64,000 nucleotides of DNA from an uncultured delta proteobacterium (GTDB taxonomy: Bacteria > Desulfobacterota > Binatia > JACPRU01), in NCBI GenBank assembly GCA_963745025.1, contig CAVUWD010000009.1, forward strand, positions 1-64,000. Reading direction: 5' to 3'. Positions 1-9,372 of this stretch are shown here, in pieces. The first letter of the stretch is position 1; the number at the start of each line of letters is the position of its first letter. The notes under the pieces were generated by a model. It was not told the origin of the DNA and made no database searches. It saw nothing but the letters and a program-made list of their open reading frames with translations. A program made the position numbers and the translations under genes.

Positions 1-2
1 CC

Positions 3-320
3 ATCCCGCATCCGCGGAACCCTTTGGTGCTCGGCGTGGATGAACCGACCGTCCTGCTTGCTTCCTGGAGCACGCGAGTGGACCTCGGCGCGCTCGATGG
101 CAGGCGGGTGCAGACCGTGTTCTTGTTGCTGAGCCCGACCATTGAGGCGCATCTACAGACGCTGGCGCGCATCTCCTTCGTCCTGCAGGACAGCACGTTT
201 CGTCGCTTGCTGGAGAAGCGCGCGACCCCGGACGCGATTCTCGAGCGACTCGCCGAGCTCCGGCCAGCGGGAGAGGGCACGCGCCGGGTAGCGCGGCCCC
301 GGCCGAACGGCGTCGCATGA
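3..320 (+). CDS. PTS EIIA-type (fructose/nitrogen family) domain protein, 5' truncated by window edge
   Basis: Frame is open from base 3 and reads IPHPRNP (phospho-His motif AIPH), then DLGALDGRRVQTVFLLLSP..HLQTLARIS. Its stop overlaps the hyfB start (ATGA). Confidence 0.85.
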   Translation: MPHPRNPLVLGVDEPTVLLASWSTRVDLGALDGRRVQTVFLLLSPTIEAHLQTLARISFVLQDSTFRRLLEKRATPDAILERLAELRPAGEGTRRVARPRPNGVA

Positions 321-2301
321 CGCTCGGCGTGCTCGCAACCGCGCTCGCCGGGTTGCTGCTTGGCGCGTTAGGCGCTGCCGCGGTCAGATCGGCGAGCGAA
401 CGGGCGCTGCGCTTGGGTGCCGCGGTCGGTGGCATCGCGTGCGCGCTCGGCGCGAGTGCCAGCGTCGCGCTCTTGTCGTCGGGCGCGGAGCGAACCGTCC
501 ACCTTGCGTGGTCTCCGCCGATCGACACGGTGTCCTTCGGGATCGATCCCCTGTCCGCATTCTTCCTGCTCTGCATTTTCGTTGTCGGCGGACTGGCCGT
601 ATGCTATGCGGTCGGCTACTTCGCCGAGGTCGCTGCCCAGCGCGCCGTCGGCCCTGCCATCGCCTGCATGGAGATCCTCATCGCCGCGATGGCGCTGGTC
701 GTGCTCGCGCGCGACGCCGTCGCCTTCCTGGTGGCGTGGGAGGTGATGTTTCTTGCTTCGTACTTTCTGGTCACGTTCGACGCGCACGAGAAGCGCGTGC
801 GTGCAGCCGGCTTCACGTACCTCGTTGCCTCGCACATCAGCGTGGTGCTGCTCTTCATCCTGTTCGGGATTCTGGTGCGCGAGACGGGCAGCGTCGAGTT
901 TGCCGCATGGGCCGCGGCGCGGCCCTCGGGCACCGCCGCAACGCTCTGCTTCGGCGTCGCTCTCGCGGGCTTCGGGATCAAGGCCGGCGTGTGGCCGCTG
1001 CACGGCTGGCTTCCCGAGGCGCACCCGGCAGCACCCGAGCCCGGTCTCTGCGCTCATGTCCGGCGTGATGATCAAGATGGGCATCTACGGATTGCTGCGC
1101 ACCTTGACGTTCCTGGGTCCACCGCCGGTGTCGTGGGGAATCGCTGCTCTTGGCGATCGGCGCATCGTCGGCGCTTGGCGGCGTTCTGCTCGCATTGGCG
1201 CAGCACGACCTGAAGCGGCTGCTCGCCTACCACAGTGTCGAGAACATCGGCATCATCATCCTCGGCCTGGGCATCGGGGTACTCGCCAAGGGAGCCTCCG
1301 CCCCGGACATCGCACTCGCTGGATTCGCGGGTGCGCTCCTGCACACGCTCAACCACGGCTTGTTCAAAGGGCTGCTCTTCGAGGCGGCGGGAGCCGTGGT
1401 GCACGCGACCGGGTCGCGCGACATGGAATCGCAAGGCGGCCTGCTCCGCCGCATGCCGATGACGGGTGCCCTGTTTTTCGTCGGCGCCCTGGCGATTTCC
1501 GGCCTACCGCCCTTGAACGGCTTCGCCAGCGAGTGGTTTATCTACGTCGGCGCGCTGCATTACGGCATTCTCAGTACCGGTCACGGTGCGTCTCGTGTGG
1601 CGGTCGCCGTGGTGCCCGTGCTCGCGTTGGCGGGGGGCTTGGCTTCTGCGTGCTTCGTGAAGGTGTTCGGTGTGGTGTTCCTCGGCGAACCCCGCAGCGC
1701 GCCTGCAACCGAGGCTCACGACGTCGGCATCTCGCTCTGGATGCCGATGCTGCTGGGCGCCGCGGCATGCTTGGCGATCGGCGTGGCACCCGCCACGGCG
1801 GTCCGACTCATCTCCGGTCCCGCAATGATGCTCGCCGGTGCCGGCGCCACCCCAGCCGGCTTGGCGCTCTCGTCGTTGAACGCGATCAGTCTGGTTGCTC
1901 TGCTGCTCGGCGCGAGCATCGTCGCCGTCGCACTCGGGCGGCATCTGCTGCTCCGCCGGCGCGAGGTTAGCGACGCGGTCACTTGGGATTGCGGCTATGC
2001 GGAGCCGACGCCGCGCATGCAGTACACCGCGGCGTCGTTTGCGGGCCCGATCCTCGACCCGTTCGTGGGGCTACTCCATGCACGCATCCGCCGCGCTCCC
2101 GTCGCCGGATGGTTTCCGCAGCACGCCTCCGAGGAGGTCGAGCTCGAAGACCCAGGCGAAGCGGGAGTCCGCTGGCTGATCGCCGCGGTCGTCGCTCCGT
2201 TGATGTATCTGCGAGCGCTGCAGCGCGGCCCGGTGCAGTTGTATCTCCTGTATGTACTCGTGACGTTGCTACTGCTGCTGGTGTGGCAGGTAGGCGCGTG
2301 A
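317..2301 (+). CDS. hyfB: Hydrogenase-4 component B-like antiporter (NuoL/MrpA-type) subunit of Ehr complex; two +1 frameshifts (~1035, ~1143)
   Basis: Motifs FLVAWEVM, KAGVWPLHGWLPEAHPAAP|SPVSALMSGVMIKMGIYG, DLKRLLAYHSVENIGII, NHGLFKGLLF, GLPPLNGFASEW and TWDCGY..PTPRMQYTA are spread over three frames (ORFs 317, 753, 1150). Confidence 0.9.
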
Positions 2302-3212
2302 GGCCGCTCCTCGCATGGGCGGCGCACGGTCTGCTGCTGTTCGGCCTGCCACCGTTGCTGCTCGGTCTCATCGGGCGGGTGAAAGCCCTCGTCGCGGGGC
2401 GAAGTGGACCGCCGATCCTGCAACCCTACTGGGATCTCTTCCGCCTGCTGTGCAAAGGAGCCGTCTACAGCCGGACCACGACGTGGGTCTTCCAGGTGGC
2501 GCCCATCGTCGCACTCGCGTCGACGATCGCCGCGGGTGCTCTGCTGCCGCTCGCCACGCCGCACGCACCGCTAGCCTTCGATGGCGATCTGGTTCTGTTC
2601 GTCTATCTCCTCGGGCTCGGCCGCTTCTTGACGATGGCAGCCGCGCTCGACACCGGCAGCAGCTTCGAGGGCATGGGTGCGAGTCGTGAGGCAGCCTTTA
2701 GCGCGCTGGCCGAACCGGCGATCTTTCTCGGCTTAGTCACGCTCGTCGTCGCCACGGGGCAGGTTTCGCTCAGTGGCATCTTCCTGAGCCTGTCGGCGAC
2801 CTCCGGGGCGAATCCCGCGCTGTGGCTGGCCGCCGCAGCCCTCGGCGCAGTACTGCTCGCGGAAAACTCGCGCATGCCGGTCGACGACCCGAGCACGCAT
2901 CTGGAGCTGACGATGATTCACGAAGTCATGGTGCTCGATCACTCCGGGCCTGACCTCGCGTTGATCGAATACGGCAGCGCCATGAAGCTATTCGTGACCT
3001 CCGTGACGCTGATCGGAGTCATCGCGCCGGCGGCGCTGGGACATCCTGTCTCGGTCGCGGCCGCAGCACTGGGGATCGCCGCGGCCATCGGCGCCGTCGA
3101 GTCAACGATGGCCCGCTTGCGTCTGCCGCGGGTGAAGCAGTTCCTGATCGGCGCCACCGGCCTCGCGGCCGTCGCGCTGGCGGCCGAGCTGCTAGTGCAA
3201 GGAGCACCATGA
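2298..3212 (+). CDS. hyfC: Hydrogenase-4 component C / NuoH-like membrane subunit
   Basis: GRSGPPILQPYWDL, ALDTGSSFEGMGASRE, AENSRMPVDDPSTHLELTMIHEVMVLDHSGPDLA; GTG start overlaps hyfB stop. Confidence 0.92.
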   Translation: MRPLLAWAAHGLLLFGLPPLLLGLIGRVKALVAGRSGPPILQPYWDLFRLLCKGAVYSRTTTWVFQVAPIVALASTIAAGALLPLATPHAPLAFDGDLVLFVYLLGLGRFLTMAAALDTGSSFEGMGASREAAFSALAEPAIFLGLVTLVVATGQVSLSGIFLSLSATSGANPALWLAAAALGAVLLAENSRMPVDDPSTHLELTMIHEVMVLDHSGPDLALIEYGSAMKLFVTSVTLIGVIAPAALGHPVSVAAAALGIAAAIGAVESTMARLRLPRVKQFLIGATGLAAVALAAELLVQGAP

Positions 3213-3865
3213 GCAGCGTCGCCGACTTCTTGCTGGCCGCCATGATCGTTGCGGGCCTGTACATGGTCGCCACCAGTCGCCTGGGCGCCTGCGTGCGCGC
3301 GAGCGCCCTCCAGGGAATCATTCTCGGGGCGTTGCCGGTGGCGCTCTGGTGGACCCAGGCGGTCCGGCCGCTGTCCCTGCACGTGATCGTGCTCGCGCTC
3401 GGCGCCCTCGGCATCAAGGGCATCGCCATTCCGCGACTGCTGCTGCGCGCGATCCGTGAAGCCGGCGTGCGCCGCGAGGTCGAGCCGATGACCAGCTTGC
3501 ACGCCTCGATCGTCGGCGCAGCCGTGCTCGTCGGAGTCGCGTTCTGGATAGCCAGCCAGATGGACCTGCCCTTTCCCGTCGGATCGCGCTTCCTCGTGCC
3601 CGCGGCGATGGCGAACGTGCTGCTCGGCTTTCTCCTGCTCGTCGCGCGCCGGCAGGCAATCACGCAAGTGGTGGGCTATCTCGTGCTCGAAAACGGCGTG
3701 TTCGTCTTCGGCCTCGGGCTGGCGGCGGAGCAGCCAATCCTGGTGGAGCTGAGCGTGCTCCTCGATCTGCTCGTCGGTGTGTTCGTCATGGGAATCGCCA
3801 TCCTTCACATCAGCGAGACCTTCGATCACATGGACACCACGACGCTCGCGAGCCTGCGCGAATGA
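3209..3865 (+). CDS. hyfE: Hydrogenase-4 component E membrane subunit
   Basis: Hydrophobic 218 aa with KGIAIP, VRREVEP, QVVGYLVLENG and VELSVLLDL; ATGA coupling. Confidence 0.9.
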   Translation: MSSVADFLLAAMIVAGLYMVATSRLGACVRASALQGIILGALPVALWWTQAVRPLSLHVIVLALGALGIKGIAIPRLLLRAIREAGVRREVEPMTSLHASIVGAAVLVGVAFWIASQMDLPFPVGSRFLVPAAMANVLLGFLLLVARRQAITQVVGYLVLENGVFVFGLGLAAEQPILVELSVLLDLLVGVFVMGIAILHISETFDHMDTTTLASLRE

Positions 3866-5307
3866 CGGTGATCATCGGGGTGGTCGTCGGCGTTCCGGCC
3901 GTGGCGGCGCTCGGCGCCTGGGGCGTGCGCTCGGTGCGCGTGCAGCTCGCGGTATTGATCGGGGCCGCCGCCGTGCACCTAGGCAGCACGGTGGCCTTGT
4001 GGTGTAGCGCCGCGCCGATGCACAGCGGGAGCCTAATCGGGATGGACGCACTCGGGCTGCTGGTCTTGTCGCTGGTCTCGTTGCTGTTTCTGGCGGCAGC
4101 GCTCTACAGCGTGCCCTATCTGCTCGACGGCACACACGAGGAGGCGGCGGCCCCAGAGCGCTTCGTCCCGTGCCTGCTCGCGTTCCTCGCGGCGATGTCG
4201 CTGGTGACCGTGAGTCGAAATCTCGCGCTGCTCTGGGCGGCGGTGGAAGCCACGACCCTGGCGAGCGCTCCTCTCATCTACTTCTACCGGCGGCCGGGAG
4301 CGCTCGAGGCGACCTGGAAGTACCTCCTGATTTGTTCCGTCGGCATTGCGCTGGCGCTGCTCGGCTCGTTCTTTCTCGGCGTGGCGTCCACCACGCCGGA
4401 TGGGCGTGCGCCGGGTCTCGGCCTCGACGAGGTGCTGGCGATTGCGCCGTCGCTCGATCACCGTTGGCTGCGGGCTGCGTTCGTCCTGGTGCTGGTGGGA
4501 TACGGCACGAAGATGGGGCTGGCGCCGTTGCACACTTGGTTGCCCGACGCGCACAGCCAAGCACCGTCACCGGTGTCCGCGCTGCTCTCTGGGGCGCTTC
4601 TCAATTGCGCTCTGCTCGGCATCCTGCGCTTCTACGCGGTCTGCGTCGCTGCGGGAGACGGGGCGTTCGCGCGGACGTTGTTTCTCGTGCTCGGCTTCGC
4701 GTCGTTGCTCGTTGGCGCGGGCATGTTGCTCGGGCAGCGCGATTACAAGCGGTTGCTGGCATACTCCTCCGTGGAGAACATGGGCATCATCGCGGTGGGA
4801 TTGGGGGTGGCGGGTACCGCGACGTACGGCGCGTTGCTGCACATGGTCAACCATTCTCTGGTCAAGGCGGCTCTCTTTCTGCTCGCCGGGAATGTGCTGC
4901 GGGCCTACGGGACTACTGCGGTCGCCGAGGTCCGCGGGGCTGGACGCCTCTTGCCGGCGAGCGCGGCCCTGCTGATGCTATCCAGCTTCGCCATCGGCGG
5001 ATCACCGCCATTCGGGCCGTTCGTCAGCGAGTTCGCCGTCTTCCTCGGTGCGATGCGGGGTAGTGCCCCATGGCTCGGCGTCGTCTTCGTGGCGCTTCTC
5101 GGCATCGCCTTCATCGGTATCGCCGGCGCGCTGTTTCCGATGCTGCACGGCGACGTGTCGGCTTCCGCGGGCGACGTCCGGGGAGAGAGGCCGTTGGCGC
5201 TGGCCCCGCCCGCAGTGCTGGCCTTCCTCGTCGTCGTGCTCGGTCTCTACGTTCCGGCGGGCCTCGACACCCTGCTGCGTCACGCAGCCGCAGCGCTCGG
5301 TGGGTGA
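3862..5307 (+). CDS. hyfF: Hydrogenase-4 component F antiporter-like subunit
   Basis: WAAVEATTLASAPLI, LEATWKYLLICSVGIALALLG, GYGTKMGLAPLHTWLPDAHSQAPSPVSALLSG, YKRLLAYSSVENMG. Confidence 0.92.
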   Translation: MTVIIGVVVGVPAVAALGAWGVRSVRVQLAVLIGAAAVHLGSTVALWCSAAPMHSGSLIGMDALGLLVLSLVSLLFLAAALYSVPYLLDGTHEEAAAPERFVPCLLAFLAAMSLVTVSRNLALLWAAVEATTLASAPLIYFYRRPGALEATWKYLLICSVGIALALLGSFFLGVASTTPDGRAPGLGLDEVLAIAPSLDHRWLRAAFVLVLVGYGTKMGLAPLHTWLPDAHSQAPSPVSALLSGALLNCALLGILRFYAVCVAAGDGAFARTLFLVLGFASLLVGAGMLLGQRDYKRLLAYSSVENMGIIAVGLGVAGTATYGALLHMVNHSLVKAALFLLAGNVLRAYGTTAVAEVRGAGRLLPASAALLMLSSFAIGGSPPFGPFVSEFAVFLGAMRGSAPWLGVVFVALLGIAFIGIAGALFPMLHGDVSASAGDVRGERPLALAPPAVLAFLVVVLGLYVPAGLDTLLRHAAAALGG

Positions 5308-5308
5308 C

Positions 5309-6835
5309 GTGACCGAACCGCAGGCACACAGACCGAGCTCCGTTCCTCGGGGCACGGCGGGGCGCGCCGGGCAATCTCACGCGCTCGATGCGATCCCGGT
5401 CCACACACCCGAGATGCTCTACACAGGCATCCTCGCCGGTACGCGCGCCGGCGCGCGGCTAGTTGGCCTGTGGGGGTGGCCGGCAGCGGACGACGTAGTG
5501 AACCTGCTCGCGGTGCTCGCTGCGGATGCGGCTGGGCGGTTGAGCATCTTTCGTACAATCGTACGCGCCGGGGCGGCGTTCCCCTCGCTCACGCCGGAGA
5601 TCCCCTCGGCGCAGGCGTTCGAGCGCGAGATCTTCGAGTCGCTCGGCGTGCGCCCGGACGGCCATCCATGGCTGAAGCCCCTGCTCCGGCACGCGGAGTT
5701 GGAAGAACGGGGCGCCGGGGCAGACGCTCACCCCTTCTTCCGCGTCGAAGGAGCGGGAGTGCACGAGGTCGCCGTGGGCCCGGTCCACGCCGGCATCATC
5801 GAGCCGGGCCACTTTCGCTTCCAGTGCAGCGGCGAAACGGTGCTGCACTTAGAGATTCAGCTCGGGTACCAGCACCGCGCTCTGCAGGCGCTTCTCGTCG
5901 ACGCCTCTGCGGCTCGCCGGTTGGTGATCGCCGAGTCCATCGCTGGCGATACGGTGATCGGGCACGCCACTGCGTATTGTCAAGCCGTGGAGACGCTAGC
6001 CGGAGCTCAGGCGCCACCGCGCGCTCAGGCATTGCGGGCGATCGCGCTCGAGCTGGAGCGAGTCGCGAACCACGTTGGCGATCTCGGGGCGCTGTGCGGC
6101 GACGTCGGCTATCTGCCGGGAGCCGCCTATCTAGGCCGATTGCGGGGCGAGCTCCTGAATCTGCTCTTGGCGATCAGCGGCAACCGGTTCGGCCGCGGCC
6201 TGGTCGTCCCCGGTGGCGTGCGTTTCGACTTGGATGAGCCCTCGCGGGCAGACGTTGCCGAGCGCTTGGCGAACGTACAGCGGGATTTTGAGGAAGTCGC
6301 GGACCTGGTGTTTTCCGCTCCGTCGGTGCAATCGCGCTTCGAGCGGGCCGGTCCGCTCTCTCGGGAGGCAGCGGAGCAGCTCGGACTCGTCGGCCCAGTG
6401 GCGCGCGCCAGCGGCTGCACTCGCGACGTGCGCGCCGATCACCCGTCCGGCTTCTACCGCTTCGGCCACATTCCCGTGGCCCACTTCGAGGGTGGGGACG
6501 TGTTCGCGCGCGCGATGGTCCGGTACGTCGAGGCCCGCCGTTCGCTAACGTTCGTCCGGGAGGAGCTCGAGCGGCTCCCGAAGGGAGCGCTCGCGGAGCA
6601 GATCGGGCTGCTGGCGGCGACGACCTTGGTCGTCGCCCTCGTCGAGGGATGGCGCGGCGAGATCGCACACGTCGCCGTGACCGATGCGAACGGCGCGCTG
6701 CGCAGCTATCACATCGCCGATCCATCGCTGCACAATTGGCTCGGGCTGGCGATGGCCATGCGCGGGCAGCAGGTCTCCGACTTCCCGCTCTGCAACAAGA
6801 GCTTCAACCTGTCCTACGCTGGACACGATCGATAG
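5309..6835 (+). CDS. hyfG: Ehr large subunit (HycE/HyfG-like NuoC-NuoD fusion) lacking Ni-binding CxxC motifs
   Basis: FEREIFE..G..P.GHPWLKP, HEVAVGPVHAGIIEPGHFRF, VEGWRGE, DPSLHNW, DFPLCNKSFNLSYAGHD. The L1 position reads ESIAGDT instead of RxCGxC. Confidence 0.9.
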   Translation: MTEPQAHRPSSVPRGTAGRAGQSHALDAIPVHTPEMLYTGILAGTRAGARLVGLWGWPAADDVVNLLAVLAADAAGRLSIFRTIVRAGAAFPSLTPEIPSAQAFEREIFESLGVRPDGHPWLKPLLRHAELEERGAGADAHPFFRVEGAGVHEVAVGPVHAGIIEPGHFRFQCSGETVLHLEIQLGYQHRALQALLVDASAARRLVIAESIAGDTVIGHATAYCQAVETLAGAQAPPRAQALRAIALELERVANHVGDLGALCGDVGYLPGAAYLGRLRGELLNLLLAISGNRFGRGLVVPGGVRFDLDEPSRADVAERLANVQRDFEEVADLVFSAPSVQSRFERAGPLSREAAEQLGLVGPVARASGCTRDVRADHPSGFYRFGHIPVAHFEGGDVFARAMVRYVEARRSLTFVREELERLPKGALAEQIGLLAATTLVVALVEGWRGEIAHVAVTDANGALRSYHIADPSLHNWLGLAMAMRGQQVSDFPLCNKSFNLSYAGHDR

Positions 6836-6843
6836 AGGCAGTC

Positions 6844-7641
6844 ATGCCGAGCCTCATTCTGACGCGTTGGCATCAAGGCAAGCGTACGACCCGTTTTCCC
6901 GCTGCGGCGCCGGACCTCCCGGAGCGTTTTCGCGGCCGGCCGCTGCTCGATCCGTCACGCTGCGTCACCGGCTGTCGCGCGTGTGTGGACGCCTGTCCGA
7001 CCGGCGCCTTGCAGGCCGATCCGCTGCGCGTCGATCTAGGCGCGTGCGTCTTCTGCCCTGCGTGCCTGGAGACGTGTCCGGCTGGAGCCATCCGCTACAC
7101 GATGAACCACCAGCTGGCGGCGCGCACGCGCGAAGCGCTCGTCGTCGCTGGCGACGCCCCCGCCCCCCGAGTCGCGGCGCTCGATCAGCAGGTGCGTCGG
7201 ATCTTCGGGCGTTCGCTGCGCCTCCGTCAGGTCTCGGCGGGTGGCTGCAACGGTTGCGAGGCGGAGCTTGCGGCTCTCGGCAACGTTGTGTTCGATCTGT
7301 CGCGCTTCGGCATTCAGTTCGTCGCGTCGCCGCGCCATGCCGACGGTATCGTGATCACGGGGCCGGTGACTCGCAACATGGAGCTCGCGCTGCGGAAGAC
7401 TTACGAGGCGGTGCCGGCGCCCAAGATCGTGATCGCTGTCGGCGCCTGCGCGATCAGCGGCGGGGTCTTCGCCGGGTCGCCCGCCGCGCGCAATGGCGTA
7501 CCGCATGACATTCCGGTTGACCTGTACGTGGCGGGCTGCCCACCGCATCCAGTCACGATCGTGGACGGCCTGTTACGACTGCTGGGCCAGATCGGATCCG
7601 AGCCTGACGCGGCGGCCTCGCCACGAGCGTCGATCGACTGA
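6844..7641 (+). CDS. hyfI: Ehr small subunit: N-terminal 2x[4Fe-4S] ferredoxin (NuoI-like) fused to NuoB/HyfI-like domain
   Basis: CVTGCRACVDACP and CVFCPACLETCP, then SAGGCNGCEAE, ASPRHADG, GPVT, VGACAISGG and GCPPHP. Confidence 0.9.
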   Translation: MPSLILTRWHQGKRTTRFPAAAPDLPERFRGRPLLDPSRCVTGCRACVDACPTGALQADPLRVDLGACVFCPACLETCPAGAIRYTMNHQLAARTREALVVAGDAPAPRVAALDQQVRRIFGRSLRLRQVSAGGCNGCEAELAALGNVVFDLSRFGIQFVASPRHADGIVITGPVTRNMELALRKTYEAVPAPKIVIAVGACAISGGVFAGSPAARNGVPHDIPVDLYVAGCPPHPVTIVDGLLRLLGQIGSEPDAAASPRASID

Positions 7642-7759
7642 CGAACGGGCCCCGTTGCGCCAGGGATGCCGCTCAGTTGAGTGACGGAGCGGGCGCGGAT
7701 TCGCGACCGAGCCCCGCGGTTGCAGTTCGACGGCGAACCCGCTAGCGGTCGCGCCCGCA

Positions 7760-9343
7760 GTGACAGAAGCTCCCGATACCGCGCGCCTGCGGCTCCTCTA
7801 CGATCTCGGCCGCACCTTTGCCGCGCACATCGAGCTCGAGGACCTGCTGCCGCTCGTCACCTCGAAGTGCCGCGAGGCGCTCGACGCCGAGGGCGTGTCC
7901 GTGCTGCTCCTCGATCCGGAGAAGGATGAGCTGTATTTCCCGTACGTGGCCGAGGAGAAGCCCGAGGTCGCGTCGCGGCTCGTCGGACTGCGCTTCCCCG
8001 CCGATCGCGGCATCGCCGGCGCCACGTTGCAAAGCGGCCGCTCGATCCGGGTCGACGACGCGCAGTCCGACTTCCGCTTCTACGGCGGCGTCGACCGGCA
8101 CACCGGAGCAACGACGCGGGCCTTGCTCGCCGTTCCGCTCATCTCTCCTCGAGGAAAGATCGGCGTGCTGCAGGCGGTCAACCGCCGTGGCGGCGGCACC
8201 TTCAGCGACGCCGATCTCGCGTTCCTCGAAGCGCTCGCGGCGAGCGTCGCCGTGGCGATCGAGAACGCGCGCCTCTATTCGCAGGTCAAGGAATCGGAGG
8301 AGCGGCTGCGCACGCAGGTCGGGGCGCTGCGCCGAGACCTGGCGCAGCGCGATCGCTTTCGGGAAATCATCGGCACGAGCGCGGCGATGACCGAGGTCTT
8401 CCGCTTGATGGAGAGTGCGGCCGCGTCGCCGATCGCGGTGGCGCTCGAGGGCGAAACCGGCACGGGGAAGGAGCTCGTCGCCCGCGGCATCCACGAGGCG
8501 AGCGCGCGCGCCGAGGGGCCCTTCCTCGCCATCAACTGCGCGGCGGTGCCCGAGACGCTGCTCGAAAGCGAGCTCTTCGGTCACCGGCGCGGCGCGTTCA
8601 CGGGCGCCGTCCAGGACCACCGCGGACTCTTCGAGGCGGCGGCCGGCGGCACGATCCTGCTCGACGAGATCGGCGAGATGCCGCTGTCGATGCAGGCGAA
8701 GCTGCTCCGCGTCCTGCAAGAAGGCGAAGTCGTGCCGCTCGGAGACACGCGGCCTCGGAAGATCGACGTGCGGGTGATCTCGGCGACCAATCGCGAGCTC
8801 TCGGCGGAGATCGCCGGCCACCGCTTCCGCGAAGACCTCTACTACCGGCTCACGGCGTTCCCGATCCGCATCCCGCCGCTGCGCGAGCGGCGCGAGGACA
8901 TTCCTTTGCTCGCCGACCACTTCCTGGCGGGCGCGGCCGACCGACATCGGAAGTGGATTCGCGGCATCGATCCCGCCGCCCTCGAGCTCCTGACCCGCTT
9001 CGACTGGCCCGGCAACGTCCGCGAGCTCTCGAACGAGACGGAGAGGGCCGTCGCGCTGACGGGCGACGGCGAGATCGTCGGCGTGGAGCAGCTCTCGGCG
9101 AAAGTCCGAGGAAACGCCGGGGCGATCGAGGCGGGGGCGACCGTCGAGAAACCGCTGTCGGTCCAAACGGCATCGCCGAGCGGTCCCGTGCAGCCGCTTC
9201 GCCAAGCTCGCGCGGCATTCGAAGCCCGATACCTCTCGGAGGTCCTCGAGCGTCACCGCAGGAACGTCTCGCAGACGGCGAGGGTGCTCGGCATCTCGCG
9301 GGTCATGCTGCAGAAGAAGATGAAGGCGCTCGGTCTCCGCTAA
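7760..9343 (+). CDS. Sigma-54-dependent Fis-family activator with N-terminal GAF domain (NifA/FhlA-like)
   Basis: GAF domain, GETGTGKE, ESELFGH, GAFTGA, LDEIGEM, FREDLYYRL, WPGNVREL and a C-terminal HTH. Confidence 0.93.
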   Translation: MTEAPDTARLRLLYDLGRTFAAHIELEDLLPLVTSKCREALDAEGVSVLLLDPEKDELYFPYVAEEKPEVASRLVGLRFPADRGIAGATLQSGRSIRVDDAQSDFRFYGGVDRHTGATTRALLAVPLISPRGKIGVLQAVNRRGGGTFSDADLAFLEALAASVAVAIENARLYSQVKESEERLRTQVGALRRDLAQRDRFREIIGTSAAMTEVFRLMESAAASPIAVALEGETGTGKELVARGIHEASARAEGPFLAINCAAVPETLLESELFGHRRGAFTGAVQDHRGLFEAAAGGTILLDEIGEMPLSMQAKLLRVLQEGEVVPLGDTRPRKIDVRVISATNRELSAEIAGHRFREDLYYRLTAFPIRIPPLRERREDIPLLADHFLAGAADRHRKWIRGIDPAALELLTRFDWPGNVRELSNETERAVALTGDGEIVGVEQLSAKVRGNAGAIEAGATVEKPLSVQTASPSGPVQPLRQARAAFEARYLSEVLERHRRNVSQTARVLGISRVMLQKKMKALGLR

Positions 9344-9372
9344 GTTTTATTAGCGTACGCAAGGATCTGTGG

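Noticed and set aside
5309-6835. Annotation as a true [NiFe] hydrogenase / formate hydrogenlyase
   Set aside because: Both Ni-binding CxxC motifs are absent and no maturation or formate dehydrogenase genes are adjacent.
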